This document shows, piece by piece, positions 51,067 through 60,956 of a DNA stretch of 64,000 bases. The notes beneath the pieces are model-generated. The model saw nothing but the letters and a program-made list of their open reading frames with translations. It searched no databases and was not told the DNA's origin. Origin of the DNA: an uncultured Planctomycetaceae bacterium (GTDB lineage: Bacteria; Planctomycetota; Planctomycetia; Planctomycetales; Planctomycetaceae); assembly GCA_963815195.1 (NCBI GenBank), contig CAWFGE010000017.1, positions 128,001 to 192,000 on the forward strand, read 5' to 3'. Within the stretch, counting starts at the first letter, position 1; each line of letters opens with the position of its first letter. Position numbers and translations under genes: made by a program.

Positions 51067-52333
51067 CGCGGGCTCTCCAATTACATTGTCATTGCCAACA
51101 AAGAGGGTTTGTCGGGCCCTCCGGATCTTCACCCCTGCACGATGGCCGGCTCTTCCTGGCCAAACTGGGTCCGTGACAAACGAGTACCACCGTGGTTTTG
51201 GGTCGGGGCTGACTGTTTGGGAAAACCCTTCGGGCACGATCAAAGCAACCGCCCCAAAGTGGTTTCCACGTAACGATGGCTTCAGAAGTCTTCGAGAAAC
51301 TCCTGAACCCATAAAACGGCAATTACGGGAAATAAAAAGGGAAACCGTTCACGAATGGAGTCTTACAGATGAAGATCCACGGAACGAACGGCTGGAGGGC
51401 GGGACCGGAGGCTTTGCGCAGAGCATCCGGCTCTGTCGGTAGGTAGATCCGAATTGTCCTTCCCCCCTGAAGTCGGTCTCATCGGACAGCCGCGGACTGC
51501 ATCCCTGCAATCGCCATGAAGCATTCAGCGGTCTGTTCCAAATTCAACCGTCTGACCCATTGTATCGAACCATATCTTATGAAATCTTTAGAATGTTTGG
51601 GTTGACACAGGTAGCAATGTTGCTCTCAGCAAATCGATGTTGGGGAAGTTGAGGCCAAAACTGGTTGATCGCATCCTATGCACAAGGAATGCCGAAGCCG
51701 ATTTTCCCAAAAAAACCAGATCAACTCCGCGATAATCGTGAGTCGGAACTGAAGATGCGCTTTGGGTTTACGTCAAGGGATCGGCGTGATCCCGCCCGCA
51801 TCGCCACAAACGGCCCGCTTCTTTGCATTGTAGAATTGGCACCGATTAAAGGAAATCCTTTGTAAAACTCCAAACGCAAGGATTGTCCCGGAAGAATGGT
51901 TTTGCGGGCTGAAGCCGCGGGACAGCGTTCCTTGGCTTTGGCTTATCGAGGTTCTTCTTCAGGGACCAGGCCCGGGGGATTCCCGACGATGGAGAGCCGC
52001 GACCGGGAATGGAAATTCCAGGAAAAGGGGAACAGCTGTCCGAGAATTGATCTTGCTGCCTTGTAATTTTTTCACTAAAACACCCATTGCAATGTCGGCA
52101 AGGCGGTTTTGCAGGACGCGACCCGACCCGACTCTTTCCAGCAGGGACGCTGGGCCACAGAGCATTTGTCGCAGGGTTTTTTCGACGTTGGGACGCGTTC
52201 CCGATTCGAATGGCCTCGTGTTTGGGAGATGGTTTTTCATCCCCCCGGCAAGAGAATTGCATGGTTTTTGTGGTGGATCTTACCTGTTGAGATCCAACGG
52301 AGTGTCCCTGGAAAATTGGAAAGGAAGCCAGTC

Positions 52334-53144
52334 ATGCTGGTCCTCACCCGCCGCGAAAATGAAAAAATCGTGTTTCCCGAAGTCGGGATCACGGTCGAAC
52401 TGGTCTCGATCTCTGGCTCCCGTGCTCGATTGGGGATCCAAGCCCCGGCGGAAGTTCGGATCCTCCGGCACGAGATTGCCGACAAGGAAATGGCGGAGAA
52501 GCCGCTGACCTTCGCCGTCAAAAACCGCCCGCAACTGGCCGCCTTGGCGAAGCAGGCGCAATCGGGCAAGCCCTCGCACGCGGTGCGGAACCATCTCAAC
52601 TCGACCTCGATCGCCGCGCAGCTTCTGCGCGGCAGCTTGACATGGGGATGGTCGATGAAGCCGAGGCCACGGTGCAAACGCTGCTTTCCGAACTCGACGC
52701 GCTCAATACCGAAATCACGAACCCCGCGCCGGCCAAATCCTCAAAATCGGGGAAAGGCGAAGCGGCCCCCGCGCGCGGCCGGTGGCGTTGATCGTCGAAG
52801 ACAACGACAACGAGCGGCATCTGCTGGCCGGGTTTTTGAACATGGTGGGCTTTGAGGTGGTCACGGCGGAGAACGGCGTGGCGGCCCTCGAGTATTTGAC
52901 CTCGCACGAGCGGCCCGACGTGGTCCTGCTCGACATGCTGATGCCCGAATGCGACGGCCCGACCGCCGTCACCAAGATCCGCCGAAAAGCGGAATTGGAG
53001 GGCCTGCGGATTTTCGCGGTCAGCGGCACATCGCCCGCCCAATTGGGCCTGGAAACCGGGCCCAAGGGAATCGACCGCTGGTTCCATAAGCCGATCAACC
53101 CCGAAGAACTGGCCCGCGAAATGGCCAAGGATTTGGTGTCTTAG
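52334..53144 (+). CDS. CsrA-domain + H-box-like helix + receiver fusion (~270 aa), two 1-nt deletions near 52630 and 52777
   Basis: MLVLTRRENEKI...RARLGIQAPAEVRILRHE; SHAVRNHLNSTSIAAQLL; middle frame RQLDMGMVDEAEATVQTLLSELDAL; REC LIVEDND...LLDMLMPECDG...AVSG...FHKP. Confidence 0.75.
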
Positions 53145-53334
53145 TCGGCGTTTCAAGAAAGGAAGCGGGCGAGGAGGCCGCCCGAACTCTTGCCAGTGAT
53201 GCGTCCCTGTTTGCGAGGTGGCTGAAACATGCGGGCTGACACGACTCAAAGAGGACCATCCCGCCCTCGGGGACCGTTTGCCGGCAGGAGGAAAGTCAGA
53301 ACCCAACCAGAGTCCACCAACAGCGAGACGTTTT

Positions 53335-53652
53335 ATGCAAACAGATCTTGGAGAGCCGACATCCTCCAACGTGGCCCGGGCGGAATATGTTTTTGAACTT
53401 TACATTGTGGAGAACGAAGCGAGGCATCGGGAAATTCGAGATTCGGTGACACAGTTGTTCGACGCGCATTTGCGGGACGGCTACAAATTGCGCGTCATCG
53501 ATGTCGCCCGCGAGCCGGAAAAAGCCCATCGGGCGGACGTGCTGGCGACGCCCACCTTGATCAAGCTGCGTCCGAAACCCGCGCAACGGGTTGTGGGGGA
53601 TCTGATCGTGGGCGATTGTTTGCTCGAGGAGTTTGGAATCGCTTCAACTTGA
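53335..53652 (+). CDS. kaiB: KaiB-family protein
   Basis: YVFELYI...YKLRVIDV...PEKA...VLATPTLIKLRPKPAQRVVGDL. Confidence 0.85.
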   Translation: MQTDLGEPTSSNVARAEYVFELYIVENEARHREIRDSVTQLFDAHLRDGYKLRVIDVAREPEKAHRADVLATPTLIKLRPKPAQRVVGDLIVGDCLLEEFGIAST

Positions 53653-53907
53653 AATGTGTTTTCATAATCTGAGCCAGCTCGGGTCTCGACGGACGGAGAG
53701 ACGAACAATCAAGACCGGCGGCTAGCGCCTTGCCGCTCACTTTGGCGGCATGTCCTAGCGCGGACGAAATCAACGAGTGACATGGAAAGCACGATTTCCG
53801 GCAGGATGAGAAACAGCGGGCGAAGTTGAACGTCGCGGGCCGATCCGAAGATCACGGTCGTCATCGTGAGATTCCTTCTAAAACCCTGTTGACGAAGGCC
53901 TGAATGG

Positions 53908-55467
53908 ATGCGGGACATCCCTTTGAATGAATCGGACACCTGGGAATGGCTGAGAGCCGGTTGCGATGACTCCGCGCGGATTGCCGACTTGGAGCGGGCC
54001 CTGGATTTGTGCCACTCCGCCTTCAACGGGATTGTCGAACGCAGCGCCGACGGCGTGGTGGTCATCAACTTGTCCGGGGTGATTTGCTTTGCCAACGCGG
54101 CCGCCGAGGAGCTTTTGGGCCGGCCTGCGAAGCAGTTGATCGGGCAGCATTTCGGGATCCCGCTCACGCCCGGCGATACGGCGGAGATCGAGCTTCTGCG
54201 AAACGGCCGGCCGCACAGCGTGGCGGAAATGCGGATCGTCTCGACGGAGTGGCAAGGCGCCGCCGCGTATCTTGCGACGCTCCGCGACATCACGGAGCGC
54301 AAGCGGGCCGAGGAGCGCTCGCGGGAAGACATCCGCCGCCGGGATATGTTCCTGGCGATGCTGTCGCACGAACTGCGAAACCCGCTCGCGGCGATTTCGA
54401 GTGCGGTGGCGATTTTGGAGCGGACCGACGTCAACCCGCACATCGCCGAGCAGGCCCGGCAAATCATCGACCGCCAATGCAGCCAGATGACCCGCCTGCT
54501 CGAGGACCTGCTCGATGTCACGCGGATTTCCCAAGGCAAAATCGAGCTGCACCGCGAACCGCTCGATCTGGAGATCGTCGTCGAAGAAGCGGTCAAAGCC
54601 GTCGGCGCATTGTTTCATGCGCGGGAGCAGTCCCTGAATGTGGACTACCAGCCGCGGACGTTGTTCGTCGAAGGCGACAGCGTGCGGCTGCACCAGGTTC
54701 TGGTGAATCTGTTGTCGAACGCGGCAAAGTATTCCGATCCCGGCACGACCGTTTGGCTCAGCGTCGCCAGACAAGACCGCGAAGCGGTGATCCGCGTCCG
54801 CGACGAGGGCATGGGGATTCCGCCGGAAACACTGGAAACCATTTTCGAGCCCTTCACCCAGTTGGAAGCCACCCGTTCGCGATCGAAAGGCGGCATGGGC
54901 ATCGGCCTCGCGCTGGTGCGAAGCCTCGTGGAATTGCACGGAGGAAGCATTATGGCGACTAGCAAAGGCTCCGGACAGGGGAGCAAGTTCGAAATCCACC
55001 TGCCCCGGATTTCGTCGCGAACGAAAACCCAGGCACCGCCCAAGGCCCTGCCCTTGGCGGATACGCTGCGGATCCTCGTCGTCGAGGATCATCCCGACGT
55101 GCGGACGATGCTCAAGATGCTCCTCGAAATGCAAGGCTTCGATGTCGAGACGGCCGGCGACGGGGAACGCGGCGTCGAATTGATCGACTTCCAAAAACCC
55201 AACGTCGCTTTCGTGGACATCGGACTGCCCGGCATCGACGGCTACGAAGTCGCCCGCCAGGTGCGGTCCCGGCCGGAAAACCAGTCGGTGTATCTCGTCG
55301 CGCTCACCGGCTACGGGCAGCCGCAGGATTTGGAACTCGCCAAAGAAGCCGGCTTCGATTTCCACCTCGCCAAACCGGTGGACTTGAACGAGCTCACGCA
55401 GTTTCTGGGCGAACGCTCCAAACAACTCGCCGCCGAAACCGTCGCGGAATCGACAAAGCCCTGCTAA
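53908..55467 (+). CDS. PAS hybrid histidine kinase (PAS-HisKA-HATPase-REC)
   Basis: FANAAAEELLG...LRDITERK; LSHELRNPL; NLLSNAAKY; DEGMGI; GMGIGL; FVDIGLPGIDG. Confidence 0.95.
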   Translation: MRDIPLNESDTWEWLRAGCDDSARIADLERALDLCHSAFNGIVERSADGVVVINLSGVICFANAAAEELLGRPAKQLIGQHFGIPLTPGDTAEIELLRNGRPHSVAEMRIVSTEWQGAAAYLATLRDITERKRAEERSREDIRRRDMFLAMLSHELRNPLAAISSAVAILERTDVNPHIAEQARQIIDRQCSQMTRLLEDLLDVTRISQGKIELHREPLDLEIVVEEAVKAVGALFHAREQSLNVDYQPRTLFVEGDSVRLHQVLVNLLSNAAKYSDPGTTVWLSVARQDREAVIRVRDEGMGIPPETLETIFEPFTQLEATRSRSKGGMGIGLALVRSLVELHGGSIMATSKGSGQGSKFEIHLPRISSRTKTQAPPKALPLADTLRILVVEDHPDVRTMLKMLLEMQGFDVETAGDGERGVELIDFQKPNVAFVDIGLPGIDGYEVARQVRSRPENQSVYLVALTGYGQPQDLELAKEAGFDFHLAKPVDLNELTQFLGERSKQLAAETVAESTKPC

Positions 55468-55478
55468 AAAGAACGCGG

Positions 55479-57640
55479 CTATCTACGTCGGCGGGGGCGC
55501 GAGGGGCGTTTTTGCGGGCGGGCGGTGACCAGACGGAAGTCCAATTCCCGCCGGTCCACATCGACGTGAGCCACGACCACGCGGACGCGGTCGCCCAGGC
55601 GGTATTGCTTGCCAGTACGCCGGCCAATCAGGCTGAACGTCGTGCGGTCGTGATCGAAATACTCATCGGGATCGAGAGCCGTAATGTGGATCAAACCCTC
55701 CACCGGAATCTCCACGCCTTGGCAGAAAATCCCGAACCGCTCGACGCCCGTGATCACCGCGTCGAGTTCATCGCCGATCCGCTCCGCCATGTAGGTCAGC
55801 AGTTTGACCTTGGTCAATTCGCGCTCGGCGGCGGCGGCCCGGCGTTCCGTCAGCGAGCAATGGTTTCCCAGTTTCGCCAATTCGCTGCGGTCCGGCGCGC
55901 GCGGCTTGCCTTTCGCCGTCAGCACTTCATTGAACAGCCGGTGCACCGACAAGTCGGGATACCGCCGGATCGGGCTGGTGAAATGGCAATAGTTCTCGAC
56001 GGCGAGCGCATAATGCCCGAGTTCCGCTTCGGAATACTCCGCCTGTTTCATACTGCGGAGCAGCGCATAATTGATGGCATGCTCGGCCGGCTTGCCTTTG
56101 GCTTTATGAATCACCTCTTGAAGAGCCGGCCGGCTTTGGAATTGCTCCAGCGGAAACCCGAGCGCCTTGGCGAAGTCGGCGAAGGCTTTGAGCTTGAGGT
56201 AATCGGGGTCACCGTGGACTCGCCGCAAAAACGGGAGGCCCCGATCGGTGAGTTCCACCGCGACCGCGATATTGGCCGCCAGCATGAACTCCTCGATGAT
56301 TTGATGGCTCTCATCGTGCACGCTCTCGTGCGCGCCGGTGACCTCGCCGTCCTGGTTGAAGTCGATTTCGATCTCCGGCAGGTTGAGTTCCAGCGCCCCG
56401 CCGCGAACCGGCGATTGCGGAGCATCATCGCGAGCGTGTGCATGTTTTCCAGAAGCTGCCGGACTTTCGCGCTGACCCGCCCGCGAAACTGCTCCGGCTC
56501 ATTAATGATCGGCAGGACCTCTTCATAAGCGAACCGGCGGTTGACCTGGATCGCCGAGTTCGCGAACTCGGTATGGACGGGGACGCCCTCGGCCGTGAAC
56601 TCGACCAACACCGATTTCGTGTACCGCAGCTTGCCCTGCTGCAGACTCGCGAGGCCGTTCGAGATGACCTCCGGCAGCATGGGGATGACCCGCCGCGGGA
56701 GATACACGCTCGTGCCGCGAACCCGGGCCTCGGCATCGAGCAAGCTGCCCTCCTGGACAAAATGCGAAACGTCCGCAATGTGCACACCCAAATGCCAATG
56801 CCCGTCGCGGGTGCGTTTGAGGGAAATCGCATCGTCGAAGTCGCGGGCGTCTTTGGGGTCGATGGTGACGATGATTTCTTTCGTCAAATCGAGCCGGCCG
56901 CCTAAGACCGATTCATCGAAGCGGTCGGCTTCGCGGTGGGCTTCGTCCAAGGCGTCCTGGGAGAACTCCACCGGCAAGCCGAACTCGTGGATGATGGTCT
57001 CCGTATCGACGCCCGGTTCCCCGCGGGGGCCGAGGACTTTCGTGAGCACCGCTTCGCCGGGCCTTAAATGCGAGGGGAAGCGGAGCATTTCGATGACGAC
57101 TTTGTCGTCCGGGATCGCACCTTTGGCACCGGGGTCGCCGACGTACACGGGATCGGTGAAGGTGCTCCCGTCCACGCGGACAAAGCCTTCGTCGCCTTCC
57201 TCAAAATAGGTGCCGACGAAGGTATTGGTCGCCCGTTCCAAAATGCTGACAATCTGCCCGCAGCGGCGGTTTCCGGATCGTCTTCGGCGGGACAATCGCA
57301 CCAGAACTTCGTCGCCGGTGTGGGCGTCGCGGACATCTTCGGGGCTGACGAAAATGTCGCCTCCGCGAAAGCCCGGCACCGTTCCGTGGGGCACCACGAA
57401 TCCGCCGCCGCTGGAAATGCGTTTGAAGATCCCCGCGATCTCGCCGGCCGCTTCCCGCAGGCGGAGCCGGCCGTGCTGGTTCTCCGTGACCCGCCCGTCC
57501 GTGATGAGCCGGTCAATCGCCTCGCGAAACTTGGGCAGGTCCCGCTTTTTGATTTTCAAGTGCTTCGCGAGGGACCCCGCTTTCAAAGGCCGATATTCGG
57601 GATCGGAAAGATGCTCGAGGATTTGATCTTGGTAAGGCAT
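55479..57640 (-). CDS. rnr: Ribonuclease R, frameshift near 56398
   Basis: TIDPKDARDFDDA, HIADVS, RGTSVY; second frame IIEEFMLAAN, HFTSPIRRYPDL and an S1 domain; one base missing in a G-run. Confidence 0.92.
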
Positions 57641-57802
57641 CAATGGCATCGAGGATGGAATTGGGTCAAAATGGCGAGCCGGAGGTGTAAGCCTCGGGGT
57701 CACGTGGAATTCTCTGAAACCGGCGTTATCTCTAAACCCGGCGGTATTTCAAGCGCTCGCAACAAACCAGCCGGCTTACGCCGGCCGCCCGCCAGGGCCC
57801 GT

Positions 57803-58780
57803 CTATTCCTCGCCATTCGCTTCGCCTTTGAAGAGCTTGCGTTCCAGGCGGTTGCTGTAGGGGGTCCAGTTGGAGCCGGCGTTGGGGTCGTCTTCGATCG
57901 AGCGCGCGAACTCGTGCACCTTGGCGTCGAGGTTGTCCAGATGATGGAGGGCAATCGCCTCCGGCGTCATGGGGAGTTTGGCGCTCCCGTATTCCAGCCG
58001 CCCGTGATGGCTGAGGATCATGTGCTTCAGCCGCAAGAGCGTTTCCGTGGGGAACGGCTCGCCGGTAAGCTTCTCGGCCTCGGCGACTTTCTCATTGAGG
58101 ATTTCCACGCCGATCATCAGATGCCCCAAAAGCTGGCCTTCGTCGGTGTAGATGAACGACGCTTCGTAACCCAACTCGCGAATTTTGCCGATGTCGTGCA
58201 GAAAAATGCCCGCGAGCAGCAGGTTCAAATCGATCTTGGGATAGAGGTCCGCAATCCGCCGGGCGGTTTCCATGATGTTGACAACGTGCTCGATCAGCCC
58301 GCCGTGGTAGGCATGATGGGCCTTGATGCCGGCCGGAGCCTGGCTGAACTGCCGCATGAGTTCTTCATCGATCAGAAAGCACTCCATCAAGCTTTTGAGG
58401 GGCGGGTCGTCGATGGAGAGCAGAATCTCCTTGAGCTGCCCTTGCAGGCGTTCGACCTCCACGCCGGTGCTCGGATGAAAATCCGCCGGGTCCAAACCTT
58501 CCGAGGGCACGGCGTTGATGTGGGTCACGATGACCTGGAGCGTGCCCTGATAAAGCTGCACCTTGCCGCGGACGCGAACGTAATCTCCCGCATTGAGATG
58601 CGCCACCGAGTCTTCCGTCACGTTCCACATCAGCCCGCTGATGACGCCCGTGCAATCGCGAAGGCTGGCGAGCAGATACAGGTTCGCGTTGCGGTTCGCC
58701 CGAAGCTGTTTGTCGGTCAGGAGAAAAATATCGTCGACGGCATCGCCGTCGCCCAGTTGATTCAAAAAACGCCGCGTCAT
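57803..58780 (-). CDS. yhaM: YhaM/Cbf1-family 3'-5' exoribonuclease (OB fold + HD)
   Basis: OB-fold N-terminus; [39 protein letters not shown]. Confidence 0.9.
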   Translation of the reverse strand: MTRRFLNQLGDGDAVDDIFLLTDKQLRANRNANLYLLASLRDCTGVISGLMWNVTEDSVAHLNAGDYVRVRGKVQLYQGTLQVIVTHINAVPSEGLDPADFHPSTGVEVERLQGQLKEILLSIDDPPLKSLMECFLIDEELMRQFSQAPAGIKAHHAYHGGLIEHVVNIMETARRIADLYPKIDLNLLLAGIFLHDIGKIRELGYEASFIYTDEGQLLGHLMIGVEILNEKVAEAEKLTGEPFPTETLLRLKHMILSHHGRLEYGSAKLPMTPEAIALHHLDNLDAKVHEFARSIEDDPNAGSNWTPYSNRLERKLFKGEANGEE

Positions 58781-59214
58781 AAGACCAATTGTTCTGTGGG
58801 GAAATTCGGAGCCTTAACACTGGCCCTTATGGTAGGCGGACGCCTTTGCGCCAACAAGGGTTGGGGGAGAAGTGAGAAGTGGCGGCACCCGGCGTGTGTT
58901 TCGCAGCGGAGTTTTTTTGAGTCTGGGCGGGCCCAGAGGAACCGAGATGTCTTGGGGCCTCGGCGGGTTGAGCAATCCCGCCGCTCATCGCGTTTGGCGT
59001 GCGGTCAGCCGCGCTTTATTTTCCCACGGCGATTTTTCCCACGCCCACAACCGGGTGGGGCTTCTTTCTCGGTCCTCCCAATCGAGTGCCGCAGGGCGGG
59101 CGAACTTGAAATGGTCACGAACCGACCTTTATCATTACAGTCAACCCAGCGTGTGTTGGTGGAACACCTTGAGAAGCGGCGCCTCAATCACTCTTTAACA
59201 CGAAGGAAACGACC

Positions 59215-59580
59215 ATGAACTTTGAAGTCACGGAAGTTGCGGAGGGGCGAATTATCGAGGTTCAGCTGACGGGGAAGCTGACCAAGGAAGCCTACGATCA
59301 TTTCGTGCCGTTGACGGAGGAGCGGATCAAGCAGTTTGGGAAGGTGCGGATGCTGGTGATTATGCACGACTTCCACGGCTGGACGGCCGGGGCGTTGTGG
59401 GAGGACATCAAGTTCGATGTCAAGCACTTCAACGACATCGAGCGGCTGGCGATTGTGGGCGAGAGCAAATGGGAAAAAGGCATGTCCGCCTTCTGCCGGC
59501 CTTTCACGACCGCGAAGATCAAGTATTTCGACATCGCCGACATCGAAGCCGCGAGGCAGTGGATCGAAGCGGAAGATTAG
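59215..59580 (+). CDS. STAS/SEC14 (SpoIIAA-like) protein
   Basis: GKLTKEAY...FHGWTAGALWEDIKFD...ERLAIVG...ARQWI. Confidence 0.9.
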   Translation: MNFEVTEVAEGRIIEVQLTGKLTKEAYDHFVPLTEERIKQFGKVRMLVIMHDFHGWTAGALWEDIKFDVKHFNDIERLAIVGESKWEKGMSAFCRPFTTAKIKYFDIADIEAARQWIEAED

Positions 59581-59625
59581 CATCCGACAGTGCAGCCGAC
59601 ATCGAATAGCCATTCGGAGGTCGGC

Positions 59626-59725
59626 ATAGCCGCGAAGCGGCGACAGCATATCGCTGCGGGCGTGAGCCCGCAGATTAGGCTCAAATCCCTTCAATGCGAA
59701 ATTGCTAGCGCCGCTTCGCGGCTAT
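59626..59725. repeat. REP-like palindrome (AGCCGCGAAGCGGCG type)
   Basis: ATAGCCGCGAAGCGGCG ... CGCCGCTTCGCGGCTAT. Confidence 0.75.
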
Positions 59726-59742
59726 CACTCTTATCGCTGTCT

Positions 59743-60921
59743 ATGACCAATCGCATCTACCTCGACAATGCTGCGACGAGTTTTCCCAAGCCGGTGGCGG
59801 TTTATGCCGCGATGGATAACTATCACCGCAACCTCGGGGCGCCGGTGGGGCGGGGGGCTTATCAGGCGGCGATGGATGTGCAGAGCGTCGTCCGGCGGTG
59901 CCGAAAGCGGGCGGCGGAACTGTTGGGGGCGGAAAGCACGGACCGAGTGCTGTTCACGTTCAACGGCACGGACAGTTTGAACATCGCGCTGCATGGCCTG
60001 TTGCAGCCGGGCGAGCATGTGGTGACGTCGGCGATGGAACATAACTCCGTCTTAAGGCCGCTCCGCTGGCTCGAAGAACACAAGGGCGTAAAAGTCACCC
60101 GCGTCCCGGCGGATGTCAATGGTCAAATCGAACCGGCGGAGATACGGCGGGCGATTCGGCCGGGCACCCGGTTGGTGGCGATGATTCATGCGTCCAACGT
60201 CACCGGCGGGCTTCAGCCGATTGCCGAGGTCTCGGAGATCGCGACATCGGCGGGGGCGTTGTTCCTGGTCGATGCAGCGCAGTCGGCGGGGCATGTGCCG
60301 ATCGATGTCCAAGCCCTCGGGATCGATCTCTTGGCCTGTCCCGGCCATAAAGGACTCTTGGGTCCGTTGGGGACCGGGTTACTCTATATCAAAACCGGCC
60401 TTGAGGATTCGGTCGAAAGCCTCCGGCAAGGCGGGACCGGGTCGCGGAGCGAGGATGATCACCAACCCGCATCGTTCCCTGACAAGCACGAATCGGGCAA
60501 CCACAATGCGCCCGGCCTCTTCGGTTTGGAAGCGGGACTGGCATGGCTCGCCGATCAGGATCCCGCTCGGCTCCGGCGGCATGAAATCGATCTCACCGGG
60601 CAGTTTGTGGAAGGCCTCGCGGGCATGCCGAATGTCACGGTGTATGGGGCGAAGGATCCGGAACAGCAAGTCGGCGTGGTGAGCCTCAACGTCGAAGGCT
60701 ACGAGCCGCAGGTCTTGGCTTCGATTCTGGATGAGAATTTTCAGATCCAGATCCGAGCGGGTTTTCATTGCGCCCCGCTCGCCCATCAAACGCTGGGCAC
60801 CGCGGACCTCGGCGGCACGGTCCGTTTCAGCTTTGGCCCTTTCACCACGAGCGAACATATCGAGGCCGCGCTCGAAGCCTTGAAAGAAATCGCGGGGGTG
60901 TCGCGCTGTTGCAAGCGGTGA
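59743..60921 (+). CDS. Cysteine desulfurase-family (class V PLP) protein
   Basis: IYLDNAATSFPKP, EHNSV, HASNVTG, DAAQSAG, PGHKGLLGP, RAGFHCAP. Confidence 0.92.
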   Translation: MTNRIYLDNAATSFPKPVAVYAAMDNYHRNLGAPVGRGAYQAAMDVQSVVRRCRKRAAELLGAESTDRVLFTFNGTDSLNIALHGLLQPGEHVVTSAMEHNSVLRPLRWLEEHKGVKVTRVPADVNGQIEPAEIRRAIRPGTRLVAMIHASNVTGGLQPIAEVSEIATSAGALFLVDAAQSAGHVPIDVQALGIDLLACPGHKGLLGPLGTGLLYIKTGLEDSVESLRQGGTGSRSEDDHQPASFPDKHESGNHNAPGLFGLEAGLAWLADQDPARLRRHEIDLTGQFVEGLAGMPNVTVYGAKDPEQQVGVVSLNVEGYEPQVLASILDENFQIQIRAGFHCAPLAHQTLGTADLGGTVRFSFGPFTTSEHIEAALEALKEIAGVSRCCKR

Positions 60922-60956
60922 CGAGCGGAGCTCCAGGTGGGGACTCTTTGTGGGGT

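Noticed and set aside
52600..52800. Programmed frameshifting in the CsrA-REC gene
   Set aside because: No slippery heptamer or stimulatory structure, and similar indels are scattered throughout the window.
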